Assembly: GCA_051362555.1 (NCBI GenBank)
Contig: CM120646.1
Location: forward strand, 23,126,001-23,190,000
Reading direction: 5' to 3'
Source of the DNA: Lingula anatina
Taxonomy: Eukaryota > Animalia > Brachiopoda
DNA: 64,000 bases
A model generated the notes under the pieces. It saw nothing but the letters and a program-made list of their open reading frames with translations. It ran no database searches and was not told the DNA's origin. The number at the start of each line of letters is the position of its first letter. The first letter of the stretch is position 1. Below, in pieces: positions 40,632 through 54,200 of the stretch. The position numbers and the translations under genes are program-made.

Positions 40632-43600
40632 GTGAGCAGAAAGGTGTTCTAATATTGGGTTAGGGGTATTGGATTGACTTAGATTGCTTGATTTGCATAT
40701 ATGTGAATGTACACTGTATGGAAAGCTACTTTTAATGCCCAGAATATAAAGAAATGATTGGAGCTAAAGGTGGGATTTGTGACACAGAAATTATTGCTTG
40801 ATAAACATATAGAGGTGAATGTTACAAACAATGTATGAGTATATAACTTATGTCAATGAGGTGAATGCTATTTATACTTCATACAGTAGTGTAAAAAGGG
40901 TGCCTGTGCCATTTGATTGCTTTGTTTTTCTGTAATTTGTCTATAATGCCTTTTCACCCGCTAGATAAAAAGATTAATCTAAAAAGCAATAGCAAGTGTG
41001 CTCTCCAATGTGTTTCCTTATCTTTCCCATTTCGACTATTTTTAGATATGTCATCTGATTCATAAGTATACATAACTGAATCACACACTCATTGCTCAAT
41101 TTTTTTATTCAGTTTCCTTATTGGTGTCAAAAACTTTATAACACTGTACAAATACCTGTTTCACTTGTGACACGTGATAAAAAAGTGGGTCTTACTCATT
41201 GTATTCCTAACAGCTGGTCGACACCTCTACCTATCTTGTTGAAAAACAAACAGAAACATGGAGATAGCACAAGGGAATTATCAGCCAAGAGTCAAGTACA
41301 TAGGGTAAAACCTGATTACATGAAGCTACTTCACCCTCCTTGAAGGATAACAGTGTGTTTTGCCCTTGTTTCTGCTCTGTCTTATAGTTTTATAAAATCT
41401 GGGCTTAGATTAGCATATGTATGGGAGATATATGATAACAGCTATAAATTAATTGATTTTCAATTTAGAAATGATAAACCATAAAAAAGAAACTTTTTGT
41501 TAGATATTTTGACTTAATTCGGCATAAATAAAACAGTAATAAAACTATTTAACTAGACCAAAAATATACCCGTGCTCACTCTTTTAATTTCACTTCCTAG
41601 GATCTCTAAGCCTTGTAGCTCAGTGCCATTAATGCAGAAATTAATCAAAAGGTATAAAGATAAAAGCAAAGGCACTTCAAACTATGGACTGCTAAATAAA
41701 TAGCATTGTTTTTTCCTTTATCTTAAAAATCTAAAATCAATTTCCCGTTAATGCACAGTTAAGGAGTTGCCTTAATGGCTACTCTGCCATGTGGTTAACA
41801 TGCTTAGGGTGATATGGGCTGGTCAAATTGGCCTTGTCAAGTTCCAAGTGACCAAATAGTTGACACGAGATCATGATTTGGTATGATACAAATTTACTGT
41901 CTTTGTTAAAAGGCCATCTTTGAAGGCTGTAATAATGTGTTGCATGCTGGCAAATCTTCAGTTTTGACTTCAAAGAAATAAGATGAAAGTTAAATGGCTC
42001 TGTATTCTGTGTTTGGCACATAGAAATTTAACATGTGGCAGTCTATTAGAAAGTTTAGTATATATAAATATGGCAGATGGGTAAATTTCAAGACAACTGT
42101 TCTAAGATATCTGTGTCACAGAGAAGTAAAACCAAATCAATTAAGGTACAGTTATCAGAAAGACCCCCTCCTTGTAATTATATTACCTCATCTTGGCTAG
42201 CCGTTAAGTGGACAAAGGTGACCATTTCTGACCTCCCTCACTTTGATAATGACCATGGTGTTAAATAACTGGAACAGGTGCCCTCAGGGATGAAAAGTTG
42301 AGTGAACATAACTGTCTTCTGGAATTATAGTTTGTTATTATATGGTGTTAATATACGTGCAGAATTCTCTTAAATGAGACTTAATCGAGGAATTTTAAAG
42401 GTCCTCACACATATACAAAATTACAATATGCTAAATATATTGTTAGTATCAAAACATTTACAACATCAACTAATGCTGATTTTTTTCCTCCTAAAAAGCT
42501 TCAACAAAAGGGACGGAGTTTTAGGACATCTATATCCAAGGTACCCTACATTCAGTAGTCCTCGTCTCATTGTCCTGATTATGAATTGAAAACACGGATC
42601 TCTTCGGGTGATAGAGTTGCATTTTAATGTCCTGTTGCACCCCAAGAAATGCACAAACTACTGCAGCGTGAGCTGGGTCTGAATTGTTTGATGTCTGGAC
42701 TGATACACCATTAGGGTCCAGTGCATTTGTCAGTGTCCAGCATTGCTTGGACAGATAAAGTGACCACTAAAGCCCTCGGTGGCCAGTGGACAGTTAAGTT
42801 ATTGTCCAGGGTATTGATAGAGATAAAGATAGAGATGGTATCTATAGTTGGGATCGTTACTAGAGAGCAGTGCTATTGAAGGTGTTGTGACTGGTGAAGA
42901 ATTGGCTTGATTTTGATACCTCCCAAGCTGACGTTATCAGATAAACTCAGTGCAGGGTGTGAGCATGGCTACGCGTGCACGGCATGTACGTATGCATGCA
43001 TCTACCTGCGTGCGCATAGTCTTGTTTTTGATTCATGATCTGGTGTTATTCATTCCTTGCATGGTTGTATTCAGAAAGTTACACTCTACCTGACAGATGA
43101 AAACACAAATATGCAAAACATTGTGATCCATAAAAGTCGTGCATTATTCAGTGCCTGCTCATGTATTTCTCTTCTTTGTCACCTCGGTTATATTTCTCCA
43201 CACTGCAGCATCTCCTGCTTGTTGATTTATAGGCACAAGACACACAATTTACACTGTTTGCAAGATTTGCCTTCAAGGCATTACAAGCAATTCTAAAGAT
43301 AAATTGTATCATTTTTTTGTAGTAATCATGGGATTTACAGATAATAAGGCACCATAGTACATGTGCCTGCTGCTTTTCATATTTTTCTTCTTTTTTTTTA
43401 AATAGAAGGTCATAGATTAGTATATGCATCTATTGCCTTGTTAAATGTTTTTTGTGACTAAAATTGTATCATATTAAATATTAGGTTTGTTAAAACTGTC
43501 CACATGTCCAGTTCATACAAGGCTTTTAGGCCTTCTTCATTAATTTGATGGTCCTTGACACCAGCACAAATTTTTATAAGTATCCTTCAAACAACTCATG

Positions 43601-43754
43601 GACTTAGTGCCTGCCTTGTTCTACAGTGTCACCATTCACTTTCATTATTGTCATCTTGTCATCTTGTCACCCTGTGGACAGCTTCATAGCGGGCTATCTC
43701 CGTGGTGACAAAGGAAAATGTCATCTCCAGCCAGACGCGTGCAGGGCTTGTGCT

Positions 43755-43768
43755 GTTGCCATGGTAAC
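43755..43768. promoter_or_regulatory. RFX X-box
   Basis: GTTGCCATGGTAAC fits the RFX consensus GTNRCC-N(0-3)-RGYAAC. One mismatch from the palindrome GTTGCCATGGCAAC. Lies in a GC-rich island. Confidence 0.7.
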
Positions 43769-43824
43769 TGGAGACCTGGGTTGAATTACTGGCTGGAAAC
43801 ATGGGGCGCTTCTTTTTGTCTGTA

Positions 43825-43829
<5 letters not shown>

Positions 43830-43876
<47 letters not shown>
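43830..43876 (+). repeat. (GA)n microsatellite
   Basis: Direct reading. Confidence 0.95.
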
Positions 43877-43878
<2 letters not shown>

Positions 43879-45815
43879 CTTCATCGTCCTTTCCACCTTT
43901 ATTTGTTTAAACTGATTTATGCTCAGTATCACAGACTTGCACAAAATACCAAATATTTTGGAGTTCATCGTTAAATGATTAATAGTACCATCAGATTTCA
44001 CATTATAGCTCTTCCATATTAATGTATTTCTGCCATATGAGAGCTGAATTGGAGCTGCATGCAGAAATATCAGTTTATAATTTTGGTGTAATTTTCCTTG
44101 GTGGATGCCACACTTTCTATATCCAACTGGGACATGTATGATAGCGTTATATATGATTTGATAATAGCATGGTTTAAGATTACTGAGGTATTATATGTAG
44201 AGACAAGAAATTTGACGCGAAAATTGACTTAACTCGTGATCAAGTCACATGTAGAGGTGGTTTTCACTTAATGTTTTTACAATAAAGAAAAAAAAGCAAG
44301 TTGGGGGGAAAGTAAATTTCAAATTAATTAAATCAAGCAAAATACATGTGGAATAGTATTCATTTGGATATCATTGCTATAATAATATGTTACGTGGAGC
44401 CTTTGTTTTATGAATTTACTAAGTGGAAAAGTCATAGAGTTTTTGGACAAGGGTAGAAATAATGTCATAAAGTGACCCATATATAACCTGTACTTTTTTT
44501 TTTAAACAAAACACCAAAGCACGTGCATCTTCCTAGTATAGACAACAAAATAATCAACCCAAATACACCCAGCTTAGCTTGACTTCCAATGCAGGCTAAG
44601 CCTGATTTTATTAAAGACTCCACCAACAAAGAACTCGGCTTCATTTTTCACCACCTGTGTATTGTAGCGGTGCTATAAGCTGGGAGCACCATTAACAAAG
44701 GTAGCAACTCCCATCTTCACTGGCGCTGCATCCCTGACTTGTTGTTAAGCTATCTTGTGACATGTCCATCTTCCATAAGTCGTTTATTATGTTTTTGTCC
44801 TGACAAACCACTGATCACAGAGTAGCAGCTCTGGCTAAACCTTCTATTAGTGGCCTGTGTCCAGTGGTAATGAAGAATACAATGGTAATAGGGATTTTAT
44901 GAAGGTTGTTGTGTAATGCTGTTTTAGTTATTGAATTGGAGCCCTATCGCAGTGCCTTGGTGTCTTTGCTGCACAGATCATATGTCTTCTATTACTGGTC
45001 AACCTGCAAAGTGGACAGAACCGATTCTGCAGTATTCAAGAGTCGAACGTGGTGAATCCGGGTTTTTTTAGATGGGCATTTATTATTTTTCATTAGGCAA
45101 TGGCCTATTGACATTTTTTGTGCAGATCTTTTTGTCCATGGACTACCTTAGTAACCATTAACACTTGAATTTCAGTATTTTTTGTAGTTGCATAATTTAT
45201 CAGAACTATACCTTTGTAATAGCACTTTCTCCCTTTTGTGAAACTTTATAAAATGGATATAACATTATTGTTACAAACCACCTTACTTATATGTCCATGC
45301 TTTAAAAAAAAAAAAAAAAGAACAAATGTCTTTCACTGATTTCATATTTGAAATGGTGTGCTGCATCCCCTTTCTCCATCCCTGTCATCCTTCAGTTGTA
45401 CTTAGAACCACTTTGATATTCAGAAGAAAATAGGATCCCCATCTAGGTTTCCACTTTTGATAGATGTAGTATTTTTGTGGTGTCCATTCTCTGAATGACC
45501 ACCTGATGGAGTGTAGTGATTTAGGCAGGTGTACGAGATCGCGTTTCGCTTCTAAATATCTTGTGTTTACTGAAGAAGATAAACGCTAGGCACAATAGCC
45601 TGGGGGAAATTAGGTGTCTTTGACAGTTTCCTTTCTCAGCTTTTCTTTATTTTTCCTTTGATAGATAAGAGGTTATGGATACTTGAACTCCTGACAAAGT
45701 TTTGGTCATCTCATAGTGGCTCAGAGAGGAGGACGCTACTTGCTATAGTTTAATATTTAACAAACTACTTAGACAGGAGTTGGTATATATAAAAAGAATT
45801 TAAAAAAAGTTTAAT

Positions 45816-45898
45816 AAGTGGCGTTCTTTAAGATTTGGATGTCTGGATGTTCTTTAAGATTTGTCTTCAAAGTGGCGTTCTTTAAGATTTGGATGTCT
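45816..45898. repeat. Local duplication (29-bp unit, 54 bp apart, with an internal partial copy)
   Basis: AAGTGGCGTTCTTTAAGATTTGGATGTCT at 45816 and 45870, with GTTCTTTAAGATTTG also between them. Confidence 0.9.
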
Positions 45899-46459
45899 TT
45901 TGCAGTCTTAAATTTGATATTCTGTTTTATTGAAAGTGTTAGTAGACTATAATATCTCATTTCTTCAAAAATAATTGTGTTATTAATGCTTATGTAGGCA
46001 GGTGTGGTAAATAAAGTGCCAGGATCTTTTTTAAAATTTAATTTGACATTGAAGTAACAACACATTTTTATTCTCACATTTCTGTCTTATTTCCCTAATG
46101 ATATCTTCACTTGTGATTTTTGATATCTTAATGTGTAAAAATACATAACTGTCCATTTTGTATCTAAATTACAATAATTTTGGTGCCTGAAAACATGCAA
46201 ATTACAGGCTTTAAATTGCTTGCAATTAATATGGCAGAATTGGAGGAAAGGGTATCATTATTATTTTATCTGCACTATTGGAAATGATAATGGGTAGAGA
46301 GGAGCTGTTAGCAATGAAACAAATGAGGAATGAAATTGGTCTAGGATTAAGGTTCAGAACCTTGGTTTATTTGAGATTTTTACTCATTTAATTATTTGTT
46401 TTAGTTTTATTATAGCTTAGATTTAAAGAAAGATTGAAAACTAATTTTTAAAATCAACG

Positions 46460-46493
46460 TTAATTAATTAATTAATTAATTAATTAATTAATT
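46460..46493. repeat. (TTAA)n microsatellite
   Basis: Direct reading. Confidence 0.9.
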
Positions 46494-47158
46494 TTTGCAA
46501 ATGAAAAAAAGAAAAAAAAATAACTTGTGAGTTGAAAGATGGATCTTACTGCATGTATCACCTCTTGTGGACCCCCTTTTTACCCCTGCCCCCCAACATA
46601 GGCCCCCTAATCCCCAGCCCAGGCCCCTTAACAGTCAAAAATATTAAGTGCAGAAAACATGATAGCGTAGGCAGAACTATCAAGTTGACATCTATAATGA
46701 GTTAGATATGTAAATCAGTTGATGTGGGGTACGAGGATTCTGATGGCTGAGAATAGAGACAAAGGCATGTATGACATTGGGGGTGGATGCTAGCGAAGGT
46801 TAAACTGTTCACTTTTATTCGCTGGGGTATCAGGTAGTTCTTTGTATGTGCATTTTTTTCCTTTGCATTTTTCCAGCATTGATTATCATTGTTTTTGTGC
46901 TTTGGAATGTTAAACACTATATGGTACATATTGTGAGTGTTGTAATATTCATAAATTAAACTGAGTTTGTGAGTGTTTTGAAGAAGTGACTGCACTTTCT
47001 GTGATGTATTTTCAATTTGGAGAGGAATTTTATGGTTTTATGTTCAGCTATCAGTCTAGGTAATTTCTTCTGTTTTTTTTTGTGTGTCAAGGTTAATACA
47101 ACTATTTGTGACTATGTTTTGTATAAAGATGATTCAAATGATTTTTTATTATTTACAG

Positions 47159-47199
47159 GTATCTCTCATGGAATTCTGAAGATCTGTTTGTCAAGAAAG
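47159..47199 (+). other. Short internal exon D (41 nt)
   Basis: Acceptor attttttattatttacag| and donor AAG|gtaagg. Open in two frames (YLSWNSEDLFVKK; GISHGILKICLSRK). Confidence 0.7.
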
Positions 47200-47227
47200 G
47201 TAAGGGACTTCAGTATTATGTGTGTCT

Positions 47228-47228
47228 G

Positions 47229-47259
<31 letters not shown>

Positions 47260-47268
47260 GAGAGAGAG
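47228..47268 (+). repeat. (GA)n microsatellite just downstream of exon D
   Basis: Direct reading. Confidence 0.95.
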
Positions 47269-50200
47269 TTGGGACTCAGATTCATGAAACGACTCCAATA
47301 CATGATGGTGTCAGACATTTGACAGTAGCTGACCATTGTTGTCATATACATGTAGTATCAATGTCTAGTGTAGCATTAAAACTAGACTGTCTCTTGTCCA
47401 GTGCCAAGAATGAGTACAGTCCATGTCTTTAGCGACAGGAAGAAGAGGGGGTTTTGCTGTTAATTCAATAAAGGTCGTGTGGGCAGAGAGTAGTTTGTGG
47501 GGTATACACATTCAAAACACGGAGAAGGAACAAGAAGGCGTAGCGATTGAAAAGATATGTAAATGAGCCTACCATATCTAAAAGCTGGCTTGTCGCTATA
47601 ATTTATGGTTATTACTGGGGGAAGGAGAGCGCCTAGACCCACCAGCGTCCTAATACGATGTGACTGTGGTCATAGCATAGCAGTATATGAATAAAAGTGA
47701 CAGAATAAAAAATATGTTAAAGGAAGTGGAGAAGGAAAGAGGGAAAAAGAGACTTAGAAGTCTAATATGAAATTAAGGCAGAGATGTAAACATTGAAAAA
47801 AAAATTATGAGGATAGGGCATGTAACAATATAATGAGAACTTGTAAGAGAAAAGACACATTTCACAATTATAGAATAATTACAGTCTATTATCACTGGCA
47901 GTGCAAACGCACAGAATGCATGCTACATATTGAAAACAGTTTATGATAATTTTGAAAACACAATCGCAATCCTCAACATCTTTATTTGATTATTTTCTTG
48001 AAACAGAAAGTAAATCAATTAAGATCTCACTCAGTGCCCACACATGATGTAACTGTAAGTCACAGTAGAGCAGCTTCTGGGTCAATTAACTGTCAGCCTG
48101 CTACTTCATGTACTGCTGCTGTCTTGATGCCAGCTCCAGGGAATTGGAAAGTGATATATTGGAGAATTACTAAGTGACCACTTCAGCTAAGGTGGTTCTT
48201 AATTATCATTAGCCTTGCATGAGGGTTACAACAGGTGCTGCTTCAGGCCTATGAATTATCATAAAAAAATTATGTATTAGAAATATCAAGGACGTTTTTT
48301 TTGGCTTCCTCAAGCATTATCTTTTCTTTTCTCTTGGGGAAACCTTATTGTTTTCACTTTTTAAAAATCCCCACATGAACAAAGACATCCTGATTGAAAG
48401 CGTTATCTATGGTTTTTATTAATTAGATGAGAGTTCAGACCATGCTTAGTCTATCATTTCCTATAATAAGTGAGCTATCATATTTAATTACATTTAAATT
48501 GAAGAGACTGTTAAATCTTTCAGACTGTCATATTAACTCATTGGGCAGGTGGTTCAACAAAAAAGAGACAATGACATACAGTGATTTAGATATGAAATGA
48601 AAAAACGAACAATACCGCACCGTTTAGCTCATAATTGGTTAGTGGCGTTAAATGCACTAACTGCATTTTATTTATGTGCTCCGTTGAGTACATAATGAGT
48701 GAATAATTCTGATGTTTTTCACCCTGTAGGGCAAAAGTGAGTCTGAGAATTCTGTCTGGTGATTATAGGTTAAGAACAAGGTATTTTACAGCAAAACTTA
48801 TAGTATTAGGGAAAATATTGTTTTTTTTTTTCAATTTCAAGTTTATCATCGAGTTATGAGGGTGGTGAAATTGTCATTTTTGGCAAACATTTTGTTGTAA
48901 TTGGCATACAATTGTAAAAAGCTTTAATGAGAATATTATCCAATAATAACATTAAAAGAGGATAACAGACATATAAATGTTTTCTTATTCTTGTCTTTCA
49001 TATTCTTATGATTACCAAAACTCGGTACTATATCATTTAAGACAGAAAACAATATTTATTAACTAGGAGTTTTTAAAACAAAGCCAAAATAACCACCCAT
49101 TTTTGATAAGTCCCAGAAGCTGTTGGCCTTATATCTATGGAGTGGACAATATATGTAGATGCCTTTGAATACAGTCAGCTCAACTTTGGATGTCCTTGGG
49201 TGATTTTATTATGTAGGAACAAGTACACCGTGCCATATTTTGAAATGGGGTCGTGATTCCATATTTCATATCTGTCCTCATCTTTTGATGTCTTCTTCCA
49301 TGTGTCACAAATTGGTTGGTTACGTAGAAAGCAAAGATCAAGAGGGCATCAGAAGTTTCTGATAGCATCTTTAATAGGCAGGGAAAGTGCATTCATGGAT
49401 TTATATCGGTAGAAAGGGAGAAAGTAAACAGGCAAATAGATCTTATCTTTTATTGCAAGAGTACAATAGAAAAATGATATAACTATAAAATAAATGTCAA
49501 AATAGGTTAAAAACTGATAAATTGGATATAAACAGGTCTGGTTAGTTTAATGAGACAGTTTTGAATGATAGGTAATTTTGCAACTTTGATGTCAATAACT
49601 ATTAGTTTCCTAATTCTCAGTCTACACAATAAGTAAACAGCAACAACAACATGAAATTTGGTAGTGAATATGAAAACCATGCTGATTCTTAGACTGGTTT
49701 GTGTATTTTTTGTTCCAAATTGCAAAAAATAAGACACCTAGACATTTTTCAAGGTGACAGTACTGTATATAGTTGATAAGATGTGACCAGGGTCTGTTAC
49801 AATACAACTACCTGGCAGTTATGTCATTAAGGCATGTAGTGATGCTGTAAACCTCCCGGGGCACCTTTATGCAAAATACCTCATGAATCCTGTTTTTGTT
49901 TTATGCACAACCTAACGCCCATCAAGTGATCCAAGTATGCATTGAAGATAAATGTTGCTTTGTGTCGCTTCTTGTTTTTCTGGAGTTTAAGAAGAAAAAT
50001 TGGTGTAATTTATAGCAAATCAGGTTAATGTGGCAAGAAATGGCACATTGTGCTTTTTAAACCATTGTATGGTAATGCAGTTTATTTTTATATGGAGGTA
50101 AGGTGTTTTCTTCTGTGGTTTATCTTTCCAGTGAAATTGAAAGAGATGACAAAATGTTTGCAGCTTTCAAAATTTTTTAGATTGGAACTTGGGAGAATAA

Positions 50201-51171
50201 GAAGCATTTTTTTAAAGGTACGACAAAGAACAAAGGTAAAAGTGGTCACATAGTGCTGTCTCTCCCCTTTGTGTTGTCTGAAATTTGATCATGTGTGCTG
50301 GACCCAAACCTCTGACTAAACGTTAATAGAAGGATAAAAAAAAAAAGATTTTTTAGAGCTTGACATCCAGATAATGGAAGATTAGGACTTAGCTTTTAGC
50401 TTGATGATATTTTGAAAGAGACTTGAATTAGATCGGGCATTTAAGGACTTACACAGAGCAGCAGTAAAATGATTTAAATTTGCACTTGTTAGTTTTTGGT
50501 TTATAATGAGTGAATTTATGGTGAAGAGGGAATACAAATTTATGTGATTTTCCCTGTTCCTAGTTCTTCTTCATTTTTAGTTTGTAATTGGAAAGTGCCC
50601 TTTAAATATATATGCTTGTTTTGGCATGGACATTTATACACCATGTACTTTTTTCCATAAAACATACCCTTTGAAAACTTGTCATAGTAGTACAGTGTAT
50701 AATATAGTCAAATAAATTCCTGAAAATAATTAATCTAAATCCTAAACAATAAGAGAGTAATAAGTACACTATTCTGACTAACCCCTCTCCATTGGTCCTC
50801 ACTGCCTTTGCTAGTGGGTTACTCACTCTCTCTTTCTCTCTCTCTCTTGTGTACGAGGTATTACATTTCTTTATTTGGAAACCACAGCTATTTTTAATCA
50901 ATTGCACTTCTTTGGCTGTCGATTGATTTCTAATTTTCAATAAACTGCATGTTTATTACAGTTTCAATGAAATCATAGAATGTTGCAGTACCGGGTTATG
51001 TTATGTGTTTTGTTTTGTGGCTTTCGCTTGTTGGTTCAGATGTTTGTTGAGCAAATTCTCTGCATTTTATCATGCTTTTGATCTTGTTTGGGGAATAGTA
51101 AGGTAGCGTAATGTACCTGAAGTGGAGCAAAAAGGACAAGTTATAATCCTTTCTGCTTCCCTTGCCACTAC

Positions 51172-51211
<40 letters not shown>
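51172..51211 (+). repeat. (CT)n microsatellite
   Basis: Direct reading. Confidence 0.9.
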
Positions 51212-54200
51212 GGTGTCGCTCCCTCTCTCTAGAAAACTCCTGCTTGCACTTAAATATGTATTTAATCTAAAAAATTGGTACCTTTAAATTTTTTCTGACA
51301 AAACCTAGAGACAGCAACTGTCACATTTGGCCTCTTTATACTATGTATATGACAAAGGTTGTGGTCATCAGAAGATTAATTGTCAAACTTTCAATTATTA
51401 GCACCATTTCTAGTGTTATGCCCAGTGAATAAGATTTCCTTTTTAGTCTCAACAGGGGAGTGATTTCAATTTAGGCTTTGTAAAGAATTTTATCTGCCTT
51501 AATCAAAGGTTCATCACCTCTATTGGGGAACTTAAAGCTACTCCAGTTTCATAACTGGAGGCTAGAACTTGTTGTTATGTTTGGCATCACCTGGTGTCCC
51601 TTGATTATTTTTGCGGGGCAGGAATGAACTCAAAAGTCTGTTTAGACTGCTAGCAACTTTGGTTGTAAATTCCATAAGAGCTGGATTAACGTGTGGACTA
51701 AGTTAAAGAAGTAATAAGATTGTCCAATGAATTTTTACATTGCTTGGTAGTTAACAAAAAATAACAAAATAAAAATAACCCACAGGTGAGTTTTAAGAAA
51801 GTTGATATAGGTATGCAGGTAGATAGGAAACGGGCTGAATTTTAGAGTCCCATTATTTGGTTTTCAAAAATAAAAAAAGAACTTTGGTAGGTCAGGTGAT
51901 ATGCTGATTTTCACCATTATAGTTAATACTACCAGCACATACAGCACATATCCCTGGTGTGTTTGTTGTATACAGAAAACAGCATGAAAGGTGTTAGTAG
52001 AAAAAAGATTTTCTCTCCTTGGTGATTATTTTATGTTGCACTTCATACAGGTATTTATAACAGGGTGAAGCTAGAATAGAAAGAGTTTAAATTGGTAAAA
52101 GTTTTGTGATAAGGAGGTCAGAAGATGTATTTGATATCAGTGTCACTGTGACAGTGGTTTCTGTTATTTCCCATTGACTTATTTATTCATTTAATTCTGT
52201 TTGTTTATTTGTTTGCCCTCCTTTTAGTGAATGTATCAAAGTTAAATCTTTTTATAAAAAGACTTACAGACCAGTCTATCAATTCTTACTGTGGGATGTC
52301 AATTGACTGGCCCCAAGTCAGAGGCAGTAAGTGACCAGATCATTGTCAATGTTTGCTGTCTCCTGTCCTAACAATCTAATATATAAAGAACTGACAATGA
52401 AGGGACATCATTCACCCATTGTTGTTACTGATACATAATCCTTCCAATCCCTTCTATCAGTGTCCTACTATATCACTGTTATTCCACTAAAATATATATC
52501 TGGCAGACAATCTATGTCATATATTTTAGAGCTGACTATTGCTGTCACTTATGTGAATCAAGCACTGAGTATTGGCCATGGACTCGAGCTTTTTATTAAA
52601 GTATTATTTACTTTTATCATATTGAGTTTCTACAATATGAGTAATTCTAACTTTACTTTTACTATAGGTCTATCATTATCTAAAGGAAACTTTTGTTTAT
52701 TTGAAACTCTGGATTTTTTTAATGAAACACTCACTACTTAAAGAATTCTTTTTTGAATTGGACAGGTTTGGGGATGTCGTGATTTGGGTTGCCATGAGGA
52801 AACCAATCCAAGTTTCCAAAGCTACAAACAGATTGAAATCTGAGTGCCATTGACTTTCATGCACATTTTCAGCTTGTCTGTCATATTTTAAACATTATCC
52901 TACTAAATATTGATAATATATAGTGGCTGTATGAAACAAACAGATCAAGGTCATAAAAATAAAAAACCTTAAAATTTGACTTTAAAATTATTATTTATTT
53001 ATGTTAGGGACATGAGTCATATGATTCTGCCATGCAGAACCACATAGCAATAATTAATGAGGATGACATTGCAGGGATTGTCTTGTTTTAATATTAATAG
53101 CAGTGTGACATGCATTTAGCCACAAATAGGAAACAGAGCCTGGTAGTAGCATAGGCACAGTACATGGACAGAGAATATGACCACAGCATTTATGCATGAG
53201 AGGTAGAAATTATTGTGATAATAATCTGATTGTCTCATCTTGGAATGTGCGCAGGGTTGGATCTTTATAAAAATTATTTTCCGGGACTTGTCGCCACCTC
53301 TGCATCAATGGCCATCTTCCGCTGTTGATTTATGTAATTAATTGCTGTAAGTCCTTTGAGATAAGAATGTCATTTTTATTTTTGACGATATTTAATGTCT
53401 GTCACCTGTCACCATGATGTGATGAAAGTGCCGCATCTCAGTGGCAGCACTTTGCAAATTGGACTCATGATGTAAGACGAGAGATTAATATTTTGGTATT
53501 CCTTTGAGAGTCGTCTTAATATAAGGAACGCCATAGAGATCAGTTGTGAAGAACATTTTGCTCACTGACATTGAACTGATCTTGTTTTTTATTTCACAAA
53601 CTTGTCTCACCTGATTTATCATACTTTCAGCAAAATCTCTTTGTTAAACAACAAAGTATAAAGTAAAGAACCGGTTATAACCACAGATATACAGGTGACA
53701 TTGTCTTCCTATATTTCCACACAAATCCTCCCATCCTAGCTGTCATCAACTTATATAACTAACTGCCAAGATAGGTGTTTCTTCATTTTCTGAAATAAAA
53801 CAGGAGAAAAACTTGTTAAAGTCTTGGAACAGTAATCAGGCACAGAAACAGAGGTGATATTTTTTGTCTAGTCCTAAATATTTTCCCATACATATGGGGA
53901 CATCTTGCCATCAAATTAACTACCTGTGTGATGTGCTACCCCCAGTTTGTATATATATGAACAAAGGAGAACAAAATGAACTTGTCTGAGTTTACAAGAC
54001 CATTGAAGAAGGTGCTAAGATAATAGGATGGTCTAGTCTGTCCAGAGGAGCCAGAACTACACTGTATCACAATGAAGACAATTAAAACTGTCTGTCTAGT
54101 CCTGAACATCTCATAACAATAAACTTATGACCATTTAAAAAATAATTTGTCTGGTTCCACTTCTCCATGTTGGCACCCCAGAGACTGGTCTAATTGATGT

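Noticed and set aside
48614-48650. tRNA A-box-like TAGCTCATAATTGGTTAG
   Set aside because: No B-box or cloverleaf. At most a SINE relic.
51399-51420. TAGCACCATTT (miR-29 5' end)
   Set aside because: The 3' half diverges and there is no complementary arm nearby.
53888-53910. miR-31-like sequence on the - strand (TGGCAAGATGTCCCCATA)
   Set aside because: No star arm, only a tiny local hairpin.
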